Assembly (NCBI GenBank): GCA_023515725.1
Contig: JALDTO010000235.1
Location: 646,597-710,596, forward strand
Direction: 5' to 3'
DNA: 64,000 bases
Origin: Amoeboaphelidium protococcarum X5
Lineage: Eukaryota; Fungi; Aphelidiomycota
Shown: in pieces, positions 12,082 to 26,187 of the stretch
How positions within the stretch are numbered: the first letter of the stretch is position 1
Layout: each line of letters starts with the position of its first letter
Position numbers and translations under genes: made by a program
The notes under the pieces: model-generated
What the model was told of the DNA's origin: nothing
Database searches by the model: none
The model's input: only the letters and a program-made list of their open reading frames with translations

Positions 12082-15000
12082 ATGTCTACGCTGGTGGAGC
12101 CTGTTAATAGTGGCATGGATGTTGTTGTACCTCCAGCTCCTGAGTAGTAGGTTTAGTAGAATTTCCTCCCTGGTGCTATAAAGAAGATTTATTTAAAAGA
12201 CTTTCTGACATACTCTAAGCTTAGTGTGGACATGGGTCCTAAATTCAATTTTATCATTGGAGCGAATGGTACCGGAAAATCGTCTATTGTATGTGCTATA
12301 TGTCTCGGTCTTGGATGTAGTCCTGATACGTTGAAGAGAGCGTCAAAGCTGAAAGATTTTGTGCGTCATGGTCAGGATGAAGCTATCATCAAACTCACAT
12401 TGCAAGGTAGAGATGGCGATGATGTGGTAATTAAGCGCAAGTTTAAGGCTGATAGAGTGAGAAATATCAACAACACTACTTGGTTCCTAAACTAGAAGGC
12501 TGTCGATGAAGATGTTATTCTGAAGACTGTTGCGGATCTTGACATTAATCTGGATAATTTGTGTAATTTCTTGCCTTAAGAGCGTGTTGCTTCATTCGCC
12601 CAAATGTCTGCCAATAAGTTGATGGTGGAAACTATGCGCACTGTTGGTGGTAAGGCTATGGTTGATCAGTATGATAGACTCTGTAGTTAGAAGGAGGTTG
12701 AGTAGGGACTGGCGTAGACTCTGTAAATTGAGCAAGATTAACTGACTGACCATATTTAGAGAAACAGAGAGATGGAGGCTGAGGTTGAGCGTTACAAGGA
12801 GCATGAGAGGATCAAGCGCACGATTTCAATGTTGGAGAAGAAGCGTCCTTGGATTGAGTATAATCATGCTAGAGAATAATTCTTGGAAGCTAAAGAGCGT
12901 AAGAAGGAGTTGAGTGAGTAGATCAAGTAGATGAAAGAGTTGAATGCTCCACTTGTTCGTAAGCTGCGAGATTGCTAGAACAATATTGAAGTTGGCAATG
13001 CAGATCTGGCTGAAATTGATGCCATTCTGAAGCAGTTGACCAAAGGTGAGACGCAATTGAAGAAGAAGGTGAAGGAAGCTACCAAGGAGGTATCCGAGAC
13101 CAGAGAAGATTTGGAGAATGTTGAAAATTAAATCTAGGCTCACAAGAAGGATTTGAGAAAAGCCAAAAAGGAGTTGTAGCATATAGAGAAGTAGCTGTTG
13201 AGATGCAAAGATGAGAGATCCGCCGAAGAGCTAACTTCAAAGTTCAAGGAGGCTCAGAAGAATTACAGAAATGCCAAGGTGGCCTGTGATGATGCAGAGA
13301 ATGCACTTAATGGTGCCAAGTAAGAGTTAGGTGCGATGCATGCGCGTTAAACAATGTTCAAGAATAAGATCAATACTATGGAGAATGAAAAATTGAAGAA
13401 AATGGAAAACTTGCGTACATGGTCTCCCGATACTCATAAGGCTTGTGAGTGGCTCAAGAATAACCGTCATCTTTTCAAGAAGCACGTCTATGATCCTGTT
13501 CTACTGGAAGTTTCCATTAACGATCCGCGCTATATCAACATTTGTGAGAGTCTAGTTAGATAGTAGACACAGTTGATGTTTGTCTGTCAATGCCAATCTG
13601 ATTACGATTTGCTGATGTCTGAGCTGAATGACAAGTAAGGTTTGCGTGTTAATGCGTGTCAATTTGAGGGAAAAGCATTGCCTCAGTATCAGAGTAGTTG
13701 CGATATTTCAGAGATTTAGAATGCTGGACTAGACTGCTTTGCATTACAGTAGTTTAAAGGACCAGAACCAGTATTGGTTGCATTGTGTGAGCTGACCAGA
13801 TTGCATAATATTCCTATTGGTCTAGGCGAGAGAATTGATGAGGAGAAAGCTCATCGTCTTGGATTATCATTTTACATTGCAGGTAACACCAGGTACAATT
13901 GGACCACGTCAAAGTATGGTGCTAGATAAAAGACTTTGAAGACATCTTCTGTTAGTCATGCAAGGAACTTTAACAAAGCCACTGTCGATGAGGACTTGCT
14001 GCGTTAGTGTAAGGATGAATTGAACTCTATCATCAGCAAAATCAGTGAGCATGAGACTGCGATGGCTGAATTTGTCAAGGATTTTGAAATGAAGAAGGAG
14101 AAATTGAGTGCTCAATCTGTAATTCGCGATAAGTTGGCTGAAAAGCGCCGTATTCTTGCAAAGAATGCCAACCTGAAATCCTCTCTCACCACTACCAAGC
14201 TTGCTGTACAATAGCGCATTGAAGAACTCAACAGCCGGCCGTCTGATGACGAGTTGAAGCAGGAGTTGACTGCTGTTTACCACAATGCATTGAAGAAGAA
14301 GCTGACGATTGTCAAGTCGTTGAAGGAGAACATCTAGCAGTGGTAGGATCATATTGAGGTTCGCACGTAGATTTGCTTTAAGTTGTGGCAGTCTATGTTG
14401 TAAAAAGACTAGTTGGAGAAAGAGTAAAAGAGTGGCAGCACTGAGCTGGCAGAGGCTTTAAAAAGATCCGCAGAGATGGTGGATGAGGTGCAGTAGAAAA
14501 AGACCGCGGCACAAGCTCTTTTGAACGCTGCACGTCGTTTGGGAGATCCTTCGGACGAGGAGTAGCAGTTTTTCACCACTTTACCTGATGACTTGATCGA
14601 GTTGGACACTATGCTGGCTGATGAGCGTGTGAAAGCGGAACTTAATGCTGATACCGATCCTGTGATTGTGGAAATGTATGAGAATCGTGAGAAGAGAATT
14701 AAAGAATTGACTGGCAAGGTTGATTAGCATAGATAGCAGTTGCTGGCTTTAAACGATGAAATGAAGTTGTTGAGAGAGACCTGGGAGCCGGCTATTGATT
14801 AATGTATTGAAGGTATTAGTCAAAGATTTTCGAGATATTTCATGAAGTTGGGATGCGCTGGAGAAGTTTAATTGAGAAAGGGAGATTAGTTTGCCAATTG
14901 GGGTGTTGAGATTTTGGTAAAGTTTCGTGACGCTGAACAATTAGTTGCTTTGAACTCTCATCGCCAGTCTGGAGGTGAGCGTGCTGTCTCCACGATAATG

Positions 15001-15255
15001 TATCTGATATCTCTTTAATGTTTTTCTAAATCTCCGTTCCGTGTGGTGGATGAAATCAATCAAGGAATGGATCCTCGTAATGAGAGATTGGTGCATGCTC
15101 AACTGGTCGACACTGTATGTAATGAAGGTCAGAGTCAGTACTTTCTGATCACACCAAAGTTACTTCCAGACTTGCAGTATCACGCTGGCATGAAGATTCA
15201 TGTCATTTTTAATGCGGTAGATCTTCCTGAAGATAAAAAATGTTTCATTGATTGA
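12082..15255 (+). CDS. SMC5: Structural maintenance of chromosomes protein 5, 1057 aa
   Basis: Walker [21 protein letters not shown]-loop FLP(TAA=Q)ERV, coiled coils, [50 protein letters not shown]. Confidence 0.96.
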
Positions 15256-15528
15256 TTGATTGACTGATTCTGGACTGTGCGATAGTGTTACCTTAAAATT
15301 GCATTTTATACTTTATGAGTTGTGATTACTATGATTAATAATAAAAAGCTTGTGTGAAGTGCTTTAATATTTATCTGATACACTTACGGTCTTTGCCTCT
15401 ATAACAACTCATTGTGATTGTGATCTATTTTTAGGCATGTTGTTATAAAGTCATCATTCCTTCAATAAGTATCTTACTATCACTTCTTTTCTAGGTTAAT
15501 TGGCTATTTGATTTTATCGTGTGCATAA

Positions 15529-17592
15529 ATGAATAGAATCTAAGCTTTATTGTGGATAGCCTCAATCTCAATTTAGGCAACTGCGCAAGTGTTTTACTAA
15601 TCTGCTCTAGGCGCATTACCTTGGAGAAGCCTCGGTCTTGGCGACGTGTATGTGGGTGATTTTGTTGTGAATGGTGCTGATGGATACATAAGTGGAGCGG
15701 CTGAGGGGCCCATTTTTAATTAGCCGGCATATGGCTTTTTGGATGCAGTATTGATCAAGATAAATGTGCTCAATGGTTCAGTGCTGTGGGTCAGGAAATT
15801 TGGCGGGTCTGGTGATGATCTTGGCGCTGTTGGTAGATTTTACGATTAAACGCATTATCTCTAGTAAGGACTGGCCTATATTCCGGGTAGTGATCTTATC
15901 GCTATGCCATTCTCATTCTAATCTCTTCAAGTATTGGGAGTAAACAAAAGGGGTGATACTGGAGATAGTGGTATCGTTATTTACTCTTCAAATGGCACCT
16001 TAATGAAGGCCTTAGGTAACTTCCCAATGCACAAAAGTGGTGTATATTTAAAATCATTCCATACTGATCTAATTTATGATCAACAGAGGTAGAGTCTTTT
16101 AATGTCGTACATTTAGTATTATGTCAATGATTCTATTGGATATGGTCACTTGGCTCAGGTGTCACCTTTCAATTACTCGGTTGAGCTTAAGACAAATTCT
16201 TCTATGGAGTTTAGGACTCTTCTGATGGTTAAGGATACTTTATTTATTGGTGGTCACTATGCCGATTTTAATCGGAATCTGTCGAACATATCTTTCGTTG
16301 GATATGATATCTCGAACATGACATAGCTTTACTCATCGATTGCCAGCTCAAGTAGATAAGATTACGTGTCTCGAATTATCTATAATTCTAAATTGGATGT
16401 TATCATGTTCTCTGGAATTGGAAGATCTCCAGAAATTCCATCCGTATAGAGCTCCAGCGTGGGCGCGTTCATCCTGGGTAGATGGAATTACAAAAATAAC
16501 CAAATTTCTATCGTGGCAAGAGTTGGGGTTAATCAACAGTATTTAACTGACGTATCGACAGGTGTTTATTGGAATGAGACGCTGGATTAGTATTACGTGT
16601 ATGGATTTACTGCACAATCTGACTAGGCATCCACCAACGTTACAAGTCTACTGATTGTCTACTCTGCCAACTTAACTCAGCCAAAATTGGTGTACATTAC
16701 TGAATTTCCATTCTCCTACGTTGCCAGCATCAAGTATCCGTATGTGCTCATCTCATCTGCTGGTCTCCCTGTTCCTCAACTTGGCGTTGGTCCACACATT
16801 TGGCAATTACACAATGATTCTGCTAAAGCGACTCAAGTCCTATCATCTACTACATCAACATCGACCTCCTCTATTATTAGGACTTCAACTTCGACTACGA
16901 CAAGTAGTTAGCTTCTTACATCAACGTAGCTTAGTACTACAGTGGTAATAACTAGCACTACCTGGTAAGTGACCTCTAGCGTGGCCACAACATCAGCTGG
17001 GCTTACTTCTCCAAGTGTAACATCATAGCTGATCACTAATAGCTCTTCAAGTTTATTGGCATTAACAACTTCAAGCTCTACCGCGAATCTACTGATATAA
17101 AACTCGACATCCAGAGTTGTGTCATCATCTACATCTACTCTAATGGGTTTGGTAACAAGCACTACCTCCAACAAAATGGATACTTCTACACTAACTTCAG
17201 CTTCTCTGTTCTAGACGACAAAACCACTCACTACCACTAAATCTACTACTGATCGACTATCATTGGTGTTCTTCAATTCTGTCAGTGATCTTCGTCCTGG
17301 GTCCTCAAGTTCGTCTAGTACCACCTCAGATTTTAAAGATGTCGTTGATTAATCTCAAGCGAATCAAGTATCTGGAAGCCTGATCTAGATTATTGCTGGT
17401 GCCATTGCCGCTTTTGTGTTTATATGCACAATTGCGGTGTTATTTATGGTTCATAAACGGCGTCGTCAAATGCATGCGTAGAAAGTGTTAATGCAATAGT
17501 AGACCTCACACACTTTTATGCAGGTAGTTCACCAAACCATCCCTATCTACTAAACAACAGTCACTCCGGCATAATAGTAAGGTAGATAATGA
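15529..17592 (+). CDS. Type I membrane surface protein: signal peptide, beta-propeller-like ectodomain, Ser/Thr stalk, TM, short tail (687 aa)
   Basis: Continuous frame with TAR=Gln. YGFLDAVLIKINVLNGSVLWVRKFGGSGDDLG, many N-glycosylation sequons, S/T-rich region, TM IIAGAIAAFVFICTIAVLFMV followed by HKRRR. Confidence 0.78.
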
Positions 17593-17796
17593 TGGCAAGT
17601 TGTGTAAAAATGAACTCAATGATGAAATTAGTATTGTGATGATGAGTGTTATGACTTGTGTTCTAAAAATAGATTTCGATTCAACAACGAATGTCCATTC
17701 CCCTTCCTTTTGTCGTCATCTTTAGAGTATTTATGACTGACTTGACTGTTTAAATCACTACTCGTATAGCTTAGTAATCAATAGACGTAAATAATC

Positions 17797-19770
17797 ATGA
17801 GATTGGCCGCATTACTGAGTGTAATGAGCGTGGTGTTGTCGCTCAATTACACGTAGATCACATACTACAATTTGGGAAATGTGAATGTCGGTGAGATGGT
17901 TGTTGATCCTTTCGATAATAATATCGCTTATATTGCTGGTGAAAGCGAAGGCTCTTGCTTAAATCAAATTAGTTATGGAGGTTTGGACGCTTTGTTGATT
18001 AAAGTTGATTTGCGCAATTCTACTGTATATTGGGTAAAGCAGTTTGGCGGGCCTGGTAGGGATTACGGCCCCATTGTCAGGCGTCAAGTGCTGAATAATT
18101 TCTATCAGCGAGGTCTTGCCATGATTAAAGATTAGAATCAAATTGCAATGGCTTTCTCCTTTACGTCCAGTCAGGTTGAGTCAGTCGTTAAGAGGCCCGG
18201 TATTATAGTTGATTCTGCCATTGCCCTCTTCTCGCGTAATGGCTCTTTGGTCAAGATGATTAGCGACCTGCCTTGTGTAGGCTTTGAGTGGTGTTACAAT
18301 GTTACCAGCGTTTACACTACGCTGTTAATGTATGATGATAAAGCAAAGGTGCTTCTAACCACTTACTCCTCCTTCTACGAACAGGTCAGTATGTCGTCCT
18401 CTATGGCTGTGATCAATCCAGTAAACTCCTCGATTAAAGTCTTCACCTCCGTGAATGATGGTAATTTGCGTCAAATTCTTTTTACTTCATAGAATGATAT
18501 GCTACTGGTTGGGTAGAAGAAAAGACCGGACAGGCTTTATTTTCAGTAGTTGCACTTTAGTAACTACTCTGTTATGGGACCTTCGCGCGATTTTGAATAT
18601 TCATGTGGCGGTTCAGACGCTGCTCTAGGGTCAATCTTGAATGAACAAGATAAGAGTGTCATATTCGCTGGTATATCTGTCTCAGATTCATTAGCAATTA
18701 ATGGTGGCTCCGGTTCATTCATTATTGGGCGATGGTTCTACCAGAATTCTACTGTTTAAATTTTGACTCGATTCGCCTCCAATTAAAGTGCTGAATATAT
18801 AACATGGTAAGATTCTGCATCATATGGCTTATACTACAACGAGTTATAAGAACTTTATTATGTCTATGGTTATCTGTCAATGTCTACAGAGTACGGTAGA
18901 AAGACTCAAGCTGCTGTGTTGACATATTCAAAAAATTATACGCTGCTGGACTCTTACATCAACTAGGATTTCAATTTTTCGGTAGTGGCTAGCTCGCAAT
19001 GGCCATACCTTTTGGTGTCTGGGTAAGAGTATCTACCAGACGCGTAATAATCTGGGCCCGTGATTATTAAGTTGCCCGATCCATAGCCGATTTAGTCGCC
19101 AACTACCTCTGTCGTCACATCTTAGAGGACTACCACCACTACAGCATCAACGTCTACATTTACAACCATAATAGGTACTAAAAATGGCATAACTAGTAGT
19201 TCTTCTATCGCAGAATATACAGCGACTACTTAAGTCTCCGTTGCAGCCAGTCTAGTATAAACACCTGCGGGCAATGCAACGCTCAGTCTCCTTAATAATA
19301 GCAGTACTTATGTCGCGTTGATTAACTCTGTCAGTTCTCTTTCTAAAACTGCTGAGTTAGCAACTACTAACTTATTGCAGTCTATTATAATACAATCTAC
19401 ACCTAGTAGCCTTGTATCTTCTGGATAAACTGTCTAATTTAATGTTGGTACTGTTCTTTAAAGTAGTTACTAACACTCAACGTTAAGCTCGTCAGATCGC
19501 TTGTTAAACGTGGATGCACCAGGCGCTGCTTCTGCTAACTTGGTGTTAATTTACGTGATTGCAGGCTCATTCGCTTTCCTCGCTGTGGTTATTACTGCGA
19601 CAGTATGCGTCTTGTTAAAGAGAAGGCACAACAAGTTGAAGTAGGCTCGTTGGTAGTAGCAATACGCCGCGCAGTCTTAAAACACCAGCATGACATCAAT
19701 GGCGATGACAATTCCTCTCAATCTTAACACAACCTCCGGGCCATCTTACTCTATTTACTAAAATTAATGA
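17797..19770 (+). CDS. Tandem paralog of the preceding surface protein (657 aa)
   Basis: Signal peptide, YGGLDALLIKVDLRNSTVYWVKQFGGPGRDYG, S/T stalk, TM LIYVIAGSFAFLAVVITATVCVLL followed by KRR. Confidence 0.78.
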
Positions 19771-20017
19771 TGGGATTTACAGTGATAATAAACGCGCGTG
19801 GTATTTCTTACATTCATATACTTTACTTACTATACTTACACTTTATGACACCTCTCTTCACTGCTCAATGCACAGCGCCAAAGTTGAAACAACGTCGGCA
19901 TGATCCATGGGTGGACAGGTCATCACTTCGGCTCACTTGATCGATTTTGATGCCTTGATCACTCTCTGCGCTCTTTGTAGATATCATAGTAAATACACTT
20001 CATTATAAGTCGGAGGT

Positions 20018-23000
20018 ATGAGTAGAGAGAATTCTAATAACTTGATACGCAATAGAACTTTGAGTGCGCGCGTTGAGAATCTTTTTGATGAGATCAATTT
20101 GCAAGATCAGTTGTTGATACCTGATCACGCTGATGATGACTTTTATGATGGATATAAGCAGGAAACCGTCCATACTAACTTTGATAAAGGTCCAGGACCG
20201 CTGAGTCCTCCGCAGACGTATCTCAATAGATGCCGCACTTTGTCTTCCGATCCTATGGCTGACAGGAGATGGCAGTCGGCGGTGGACAAGGCGATCAGAT
20301 CTATTGTGTCTCTTTAGGTGACCGAAGTACGCAGTGTGGACACGAACAGAGCTGGTATATACAACGCGTCAGGATTTGTGGTGGATAAGGTGCAAGGACT
20401 GGTGCTCACTAATAGACACGTATGTTCAGTTGGACCCGTCCGCATTAAGGGCACGTTTGCCAACTATGAAGAGATCCAGCTGCGTTGTGTCTATGTCGAT
20501 CCGATACATGATTTTGGTCTGTTGAAGTTTGACACTGCATCCGCTGTCAAGTATATGGATATTGATGAGATTGCTCTGGATCCAGATGGTGCATAGGTTG
20601 GTGTAGAAGTGCGTGTAATAGGTAATGATGCCGGTGAGAAGTTGTCTATTCAGCAAGGATTTATCGCGCGCATTGACAGAGAGGCTCCACAGTATGGTGT
20701 TGGATCTTATAGTGATTTCAATACATTCTACATTCAGGCTGCCACTGGTACAAGCTGTGGATCAAGTGGATCTCCAGTGATAAACTCAAAGGGTAACGCA
20801 GTAGGCCTGAATGCTGGTGCGGCAAAGTAGAGTAATCATTCGTTCTATCTACCTTTGGGTGGAGTGTAACGTGCTTTAGACGCTATAAGATCTGGTGCGG
20901 CGTGTTTACAACGAGGTGATATCTTGGTAGAATTTGAGTTTGCCACGTTCAATCGCCTAAGACATCTTGGTATGAGTGGAGTTGAAGAAGAGGCTCTCCG
21001 CGCTGAGGTGAAGAATCTAGCTGGTATGCTGGTATGTAAATTTGTATTGCCTGATGGACCAGCTGACGGCAAATTGAAACCAGGTGATATTCTTGCAAGT
21101 GTGAATGGAATAAAGATATTCAATTTCATTCAGCTCGAGGAGGCTCTTAATTGCCACGTGGGGTAAAGTGCCAGCATTGAAGTGTCTCGTAACGGTGAGA
21201 GAATTTGTTATACAATTGGTGTTGTAGATTTGAGTGAACTATGTGTGCCTAGCAAGTTTCTTCAACTTGGAGACTCTATCCTGCACAATGTCACATACAC
21301 TATGGCACGTACTCTAAATATCCCGTTAAAAGGTGTATTTGTCGCTAATGTTGGATCTACAATAGTATAATCGGGCTATAATAAAGCTGCTGAGAAGACG
21401 ATATTATATCATGCAAACTAACATACTCTGTCTAATGTGGATGATTTCATCTCTGTAATTCAAAAGATTTCAGATGTCAGCACTCTATCACTGAAAGGCT
21501 TCTGTGTTCCATATACTGAACAAAAGTCTATATTCAAGATTCAAGCTGATAATGAAGCACTCATGTGTATTGTATTTGCTCGTGGTCAAGATCACTAGTG
21601 GTATCAGGAGAGAAAGCTTTCCCTGGCCGATAATAATTCAACTCAGTAACAGATGGTGGAATTTTAGAGACCAGTATACGCGCAGAGAAGTAATGGGAAA
21701 TTGGCGTACTCGGATTGTATTAGATGTCTAGTAAGAGTACAGAGTCGGATGCCGCTACTCGTAGATGGCTGTCTTTAGAATAGTTTCAGTGGTATAGGAT
21801 TTATTGCCAGCTGGGAGCATGCTTTGATTGTGTGTGATACTGCCTCTGTGCCATCTTATCTATGTAAAGTGTTGGTCACTTTCACAGACAGCTAATAAGT
21901 TATTGCGTATCCCGTATTCATCCATCCGTATATGAACTTTGTCATTCTAAGATTTGATATGGCCGAATAATCGACATGGTAGAGTATCCGCTAGAAGAAC
22001 CCTGTGAAGAAATTCTTGGGCAATAGTGATCATGCAGAAACGACGTATAACTTTCATCCACCTGCACTGAGCGATAAATTCAAGTTGCTTCTAGCTCATT
22101 TTGATGGACAACTTACCGTGGAAGACGTGGCTGTGAAGTGTGTTGCGGAATAATTTGGGAGATCAGGTCAAGATGTGCCAGGTACTGGTGGTGGAAGTGG
22201 TAATTGCGAGTTTTACTATCTGAGCCAAAGTATAAGCGAATACTTTGGTGCCTTGTTGGTGGATGATATAGGACGGATCCATGGCATTGTTAGCGATCAC
22301 AACTCCATTGATGATTTATCTTTCTGCCTGCCCACTTTTTTCATATCTGATGCTATTAGATGCGTTGCTTAAATGCTAGTTAACTAACGCATTATTGGTC
22401 GCTTACCTATTACTGCTTAAACTGCATAGCAGCCATGCTTGCGTATGTTGCCTGCCAAGTGTTAACCACTGCCAATATCTGAAGTGATAGACCTCTATCA
22501 GCAATGGAAAGACTGTCTATTGAGTGCTTGTAAAGAGAGGCACACGGTATTATAAGTTGTGAGGACCTGCAAATCATCCCAGTCCCCATTTGAGTGCGGA
22601 GATATCATCTTGGCTATCGATTAGAAGTTTGTTGCCAGAGCATCTGACCTGCATCTCATTGAGTAATAATGGTCTATCCCGGGGTATGATTGCCGGTAAA
22701 TGGCTGTTGCAAGAGTATTACGAAACTACGCCGAAATCGAAGTCAAGTTCTAACCTGCTCAGCTTTATGTGGACCAGAATGAAGAAGACTGCGATTACCT
22801 TAGCTGGTGTGGATGTAATATACAATTGCCGTCCATGAAAATCATTGAAGATACCTACTGTAGTGTGGTTAATCGTTATCCGATCAGCGTGCTGTCCGGA
22901 ATGCCTTACATTTCATCAGTGATGGTTGGCTCTCCAGCTCACGCAGCTCAACTTACCGGCGGATTTTACATTACGGCTTTAAATGGACGCAGATTCGACT

Positions 23001-23236
23001 AGATATAAGCATAGCATGGCGAAGGAGATAAGTGGTGTGATGCTTTTATATCATGCACCTCAAGTCAAGATGATAATCAGAATGCTGAATCGATGGAGAT
23101 TAGACTGGAAGTGATTAGTAGAGCTGGGCACTAGAAAGTGGTCACTATTTAACCGGATCATGTATTCTGGCCTGCAACGACATTTACGTTACGCAGAGAC
23201 AACAAAGGCAAGACTGTCATTACAACGCATGAATGA
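20018..23236 (+). CDS. NMA111: Nma111/Ynm3-type HtrA serine protease with PDZ domains (1072 aa)
   Basis: [52 protein letters not shown] (His/Asp/Ser triad), [17 protein letters not shown], second degenerate protease half, terminal PDHVFWP. Confidence 0.9.
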
Positions 23237-23282
23237 ACAAATGATAAGATAATGAGATCTTGAATAATAAATATACAACTGT

Positions 23283-25046
23283 TCACTGTTCACCACCATC
23301 TTCTGCATCCTCCTCATCCTCATCGCTCTCATAATTCTCATCAAATTCCTCGGCAACGTCGCTCTCCTCACCGGCAACGAAATCTTCATCGTCTTCGTCA
23401 CTATCCATGTCCATTCCATTCGTGCCGCCAGCCTTCTCATTATCAGACTCAATCATACCGGCACCAGCATCATCATCATCGTCACTAGACAGACCATCCA
23501 GAGCAGTGATAGCCACCTACTCCACGCTAACCTCGGTGCGGACTTTAATACCAACAGCTTTGAAATGGGAAACCAACTTATCGTACTCTTCCCGCTCCAA
23601 TCCACTGAATGGCAGTGTCAAACCAGCGGTATTTCTCAGGAACACCTTCATATCAAAAGTCTTATTCGCCGTGCTACTACTACTAGAATCACTACCAACT
23701 CTAGAAAAGACAATGTGAGACACTTCTTCATACCTGAAATGATGAGTCGGTTTAGGCAAGAAGAGGCCTTCAGTTTACAACAAGTACAGGTATCCTTCAT
23801 TCGCCTTAATTGAGCACTTTACACACGGATTACTGAAATGGCTCTTGAACATTCCGGCTTTAGTCAAGTCGATTCCACTAAAGCCACTCAAAAGCGCACC
23901 AAGTACCTGATACATTTCAGCATCGTACTTCAATCTTAACCTGCCGCCAAACTTGGTTCTCAGCAAATCCTCCTTCTGTTGTTAGATCATTGCAGCAGAT
24001 TACGCGTCACCAGAGAGAGCATCCAGATTCAACTCAATCTCCAAATCAACATCCTTAACGCACTAGATGACCAGGAACGGATATCTCGTCTGACCCTGAC
24101 GGAGAGGTGGATCCATACCAATGACGATAAACTCATGGATATCGTCTGGACGGGTTAGTGCAAACAGAGACTTGATACTTAAGTACGGTATTCTGTAATT
24201 ATGAGACTTACCATGCAATCTAATGCTGTCTTCATACAAGTCCATATTGTATCTGCCGCGAGGAGTGATAAATGGGACATCTTCGATTAACGCCAATGGC
24301 TCTCCAACCAACTGCCCAACGTCAGCTTTAGCTTTGACAGTCTCATAAAAGATATTGGCAGCAGAATCTTGGTCCTAGTTCTGATCCACTTCCATATTCT
24401 CTTCATCATCTTCTTCTTGATTATCACCACCTTCAGCATCTGCTGCACTGGGTCTACCACCCTGTACCACCATATCTGGAATGTAAAATCGCGCCTCAAC
24501 CAATTGATCACTACGCGCACCCTCCTTACCTGCCAGTTCTAATTCATCCTCAGTAGGTGGCTTAATCTCAATAGTAACCTCCGTCTTTCCATTCATAGTG
24601 GTGCCGCTGACAGCACTGAGTGGAATCTCCATCACCGGCTTATTACCGACATTGAACCAGAGTGAGTTACCAGCAAAGTCAGTCTATCCCCAATTCCAAC
24701 CTCTGACATTGGTCTCCTTCATCTCCACCTCAACGCGCCAACCTCTAAACAGTCGGCGAATTTCATCCAGGTGGCCACCACTGGTGAAATTACCATTCTG
24801 ATCAACTTCTGACTGAAAACCATCAAATTTCACAATGTCGCCATTATTCAGACTTATTCTCAGCATGTGTCCCTTGCTTCCTCGCAAGAACTGAGCCTTC
24901 CGTATGTCTCCAGCGGGAACGGTAGTAATCTTGCCACTAGACGATGCTTTAAAGCCAAGACCACTGCTAGCAATTCTCAGTCTCCCCGGTATAAGAAGTG
25001 ACTTTCCACCCTTATAAATGTTCTCATACTCATAAACCTCTGCCAT
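23283..25046 (-). CDS. POB3: FACT complex subunit Pob3/SSRP1 (no HMG box)
   Basis: NVRGWNWG, TPRGRYNMDLY, LHGKSHNYRI, DPPLRQGQTRYPFLV, VKCSIKANEGYLYLL, acidic tail DEDDEDF. Confidence 0.95.
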
Positions 25047-25575
25047 ACCTGTCTTACTGTACTGTCAAATCCAATTGAATAGTAATGAAGAGAGAAACCG
25101 TTCTATAAATTAAAATTATTAAACGCGCAGGAATCCCACTGATAGTCGACGGTATAAACTCACACGAAAGAAAGAGCGAGAGATATGGAATGACAAGAAG
25201 GAGTTTTCACTCATATTTAGACAAGAGCAAGAAGGAGAGACCCTCGCAATAGTCTTTCTTAGTAGAGCCGAATCGACGCGTCTCATTTCCTTCTCCTCGA
25301 AACGACGACGCCGAATCTTTCTCAGTCTTATTCACACGCCACGCTCATTCACTCTCACTCACTCACTCTCTTCTCATTTGTTCTTTCCTCTTTTCATCGT
25401 TTTGTGTGTTATTTGACTATATAAGCATATTAAGCACATTTATTGTCGGAATTTAGTGTATAATCAATACTGTCATATCGTTACATTATTGTCCTGGTTT
25501 TTACATCCAATCCTCAGCAAAATCTTGATTATTTTGTGTAAATATAATCTCTATCCCTGCCATAGTCTATATAAT

Positions 25576-26058
25576 ATGAGTGCTCCGTAACATCCAATGA
25601 AGAAATCCTCGCCTCTAAAGCCTAAACAATCACCGCTAAATCCTGCGAATAATAGTAATAATAATGCCTAGTAGTAATAGTCTAAAGAGGGTGGGCCTGA
25701 TCTTTCTAAATTGACTCCTCAAGAGCTGTAAATATACAAAAAGTATGGTAAATTGCCCACGAAGAAGGATATTGTGTCGCATAAGCTGAAGGAGAGAAAA
25801 TACTTTGACTCGGGCGATTATGCAATGTACAAGGCTGGTAAGACTGGTCCAACGGGCGCCAATGTTGGTTCTGTGCATCCATCACCTGATATGATTCCAC
25901 ACTCTAGCCCGGCGGCGGCAACTAATGTCCAGGTGCACCCTCTGCCTCACGGTAGCAGATCTAGTGGTGGACATGACAAGAGTGGTGGTAATGATGCTGC
26001 AGAAGAGTAGAATTAGAATTCAGGTGCTGGCGATACTAAAACTGTTGAAAAGTCATGA
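25576..26058 (+). CDS. Endosulfine/ARPP19 family PP2A inhibitor (Igo1/2-like)
   Basis: KKYGKLP...KLKERKYFDSGDYAM (Greatwall/Rim15 site) and HPSPDMIPH. Confidence 0.93.
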
Positions 26059-26187
26059 GTTTTTGTAGTATACTGTACCGCCTCTATCTATATATATCTA
26101 TCTACTGATTGAGTGAGTGAGTGAGTGATTTTTAGCATAAACAAGCTTTTGTATGTTATACTTTTAATAGTTATTTTTACTCACGTA

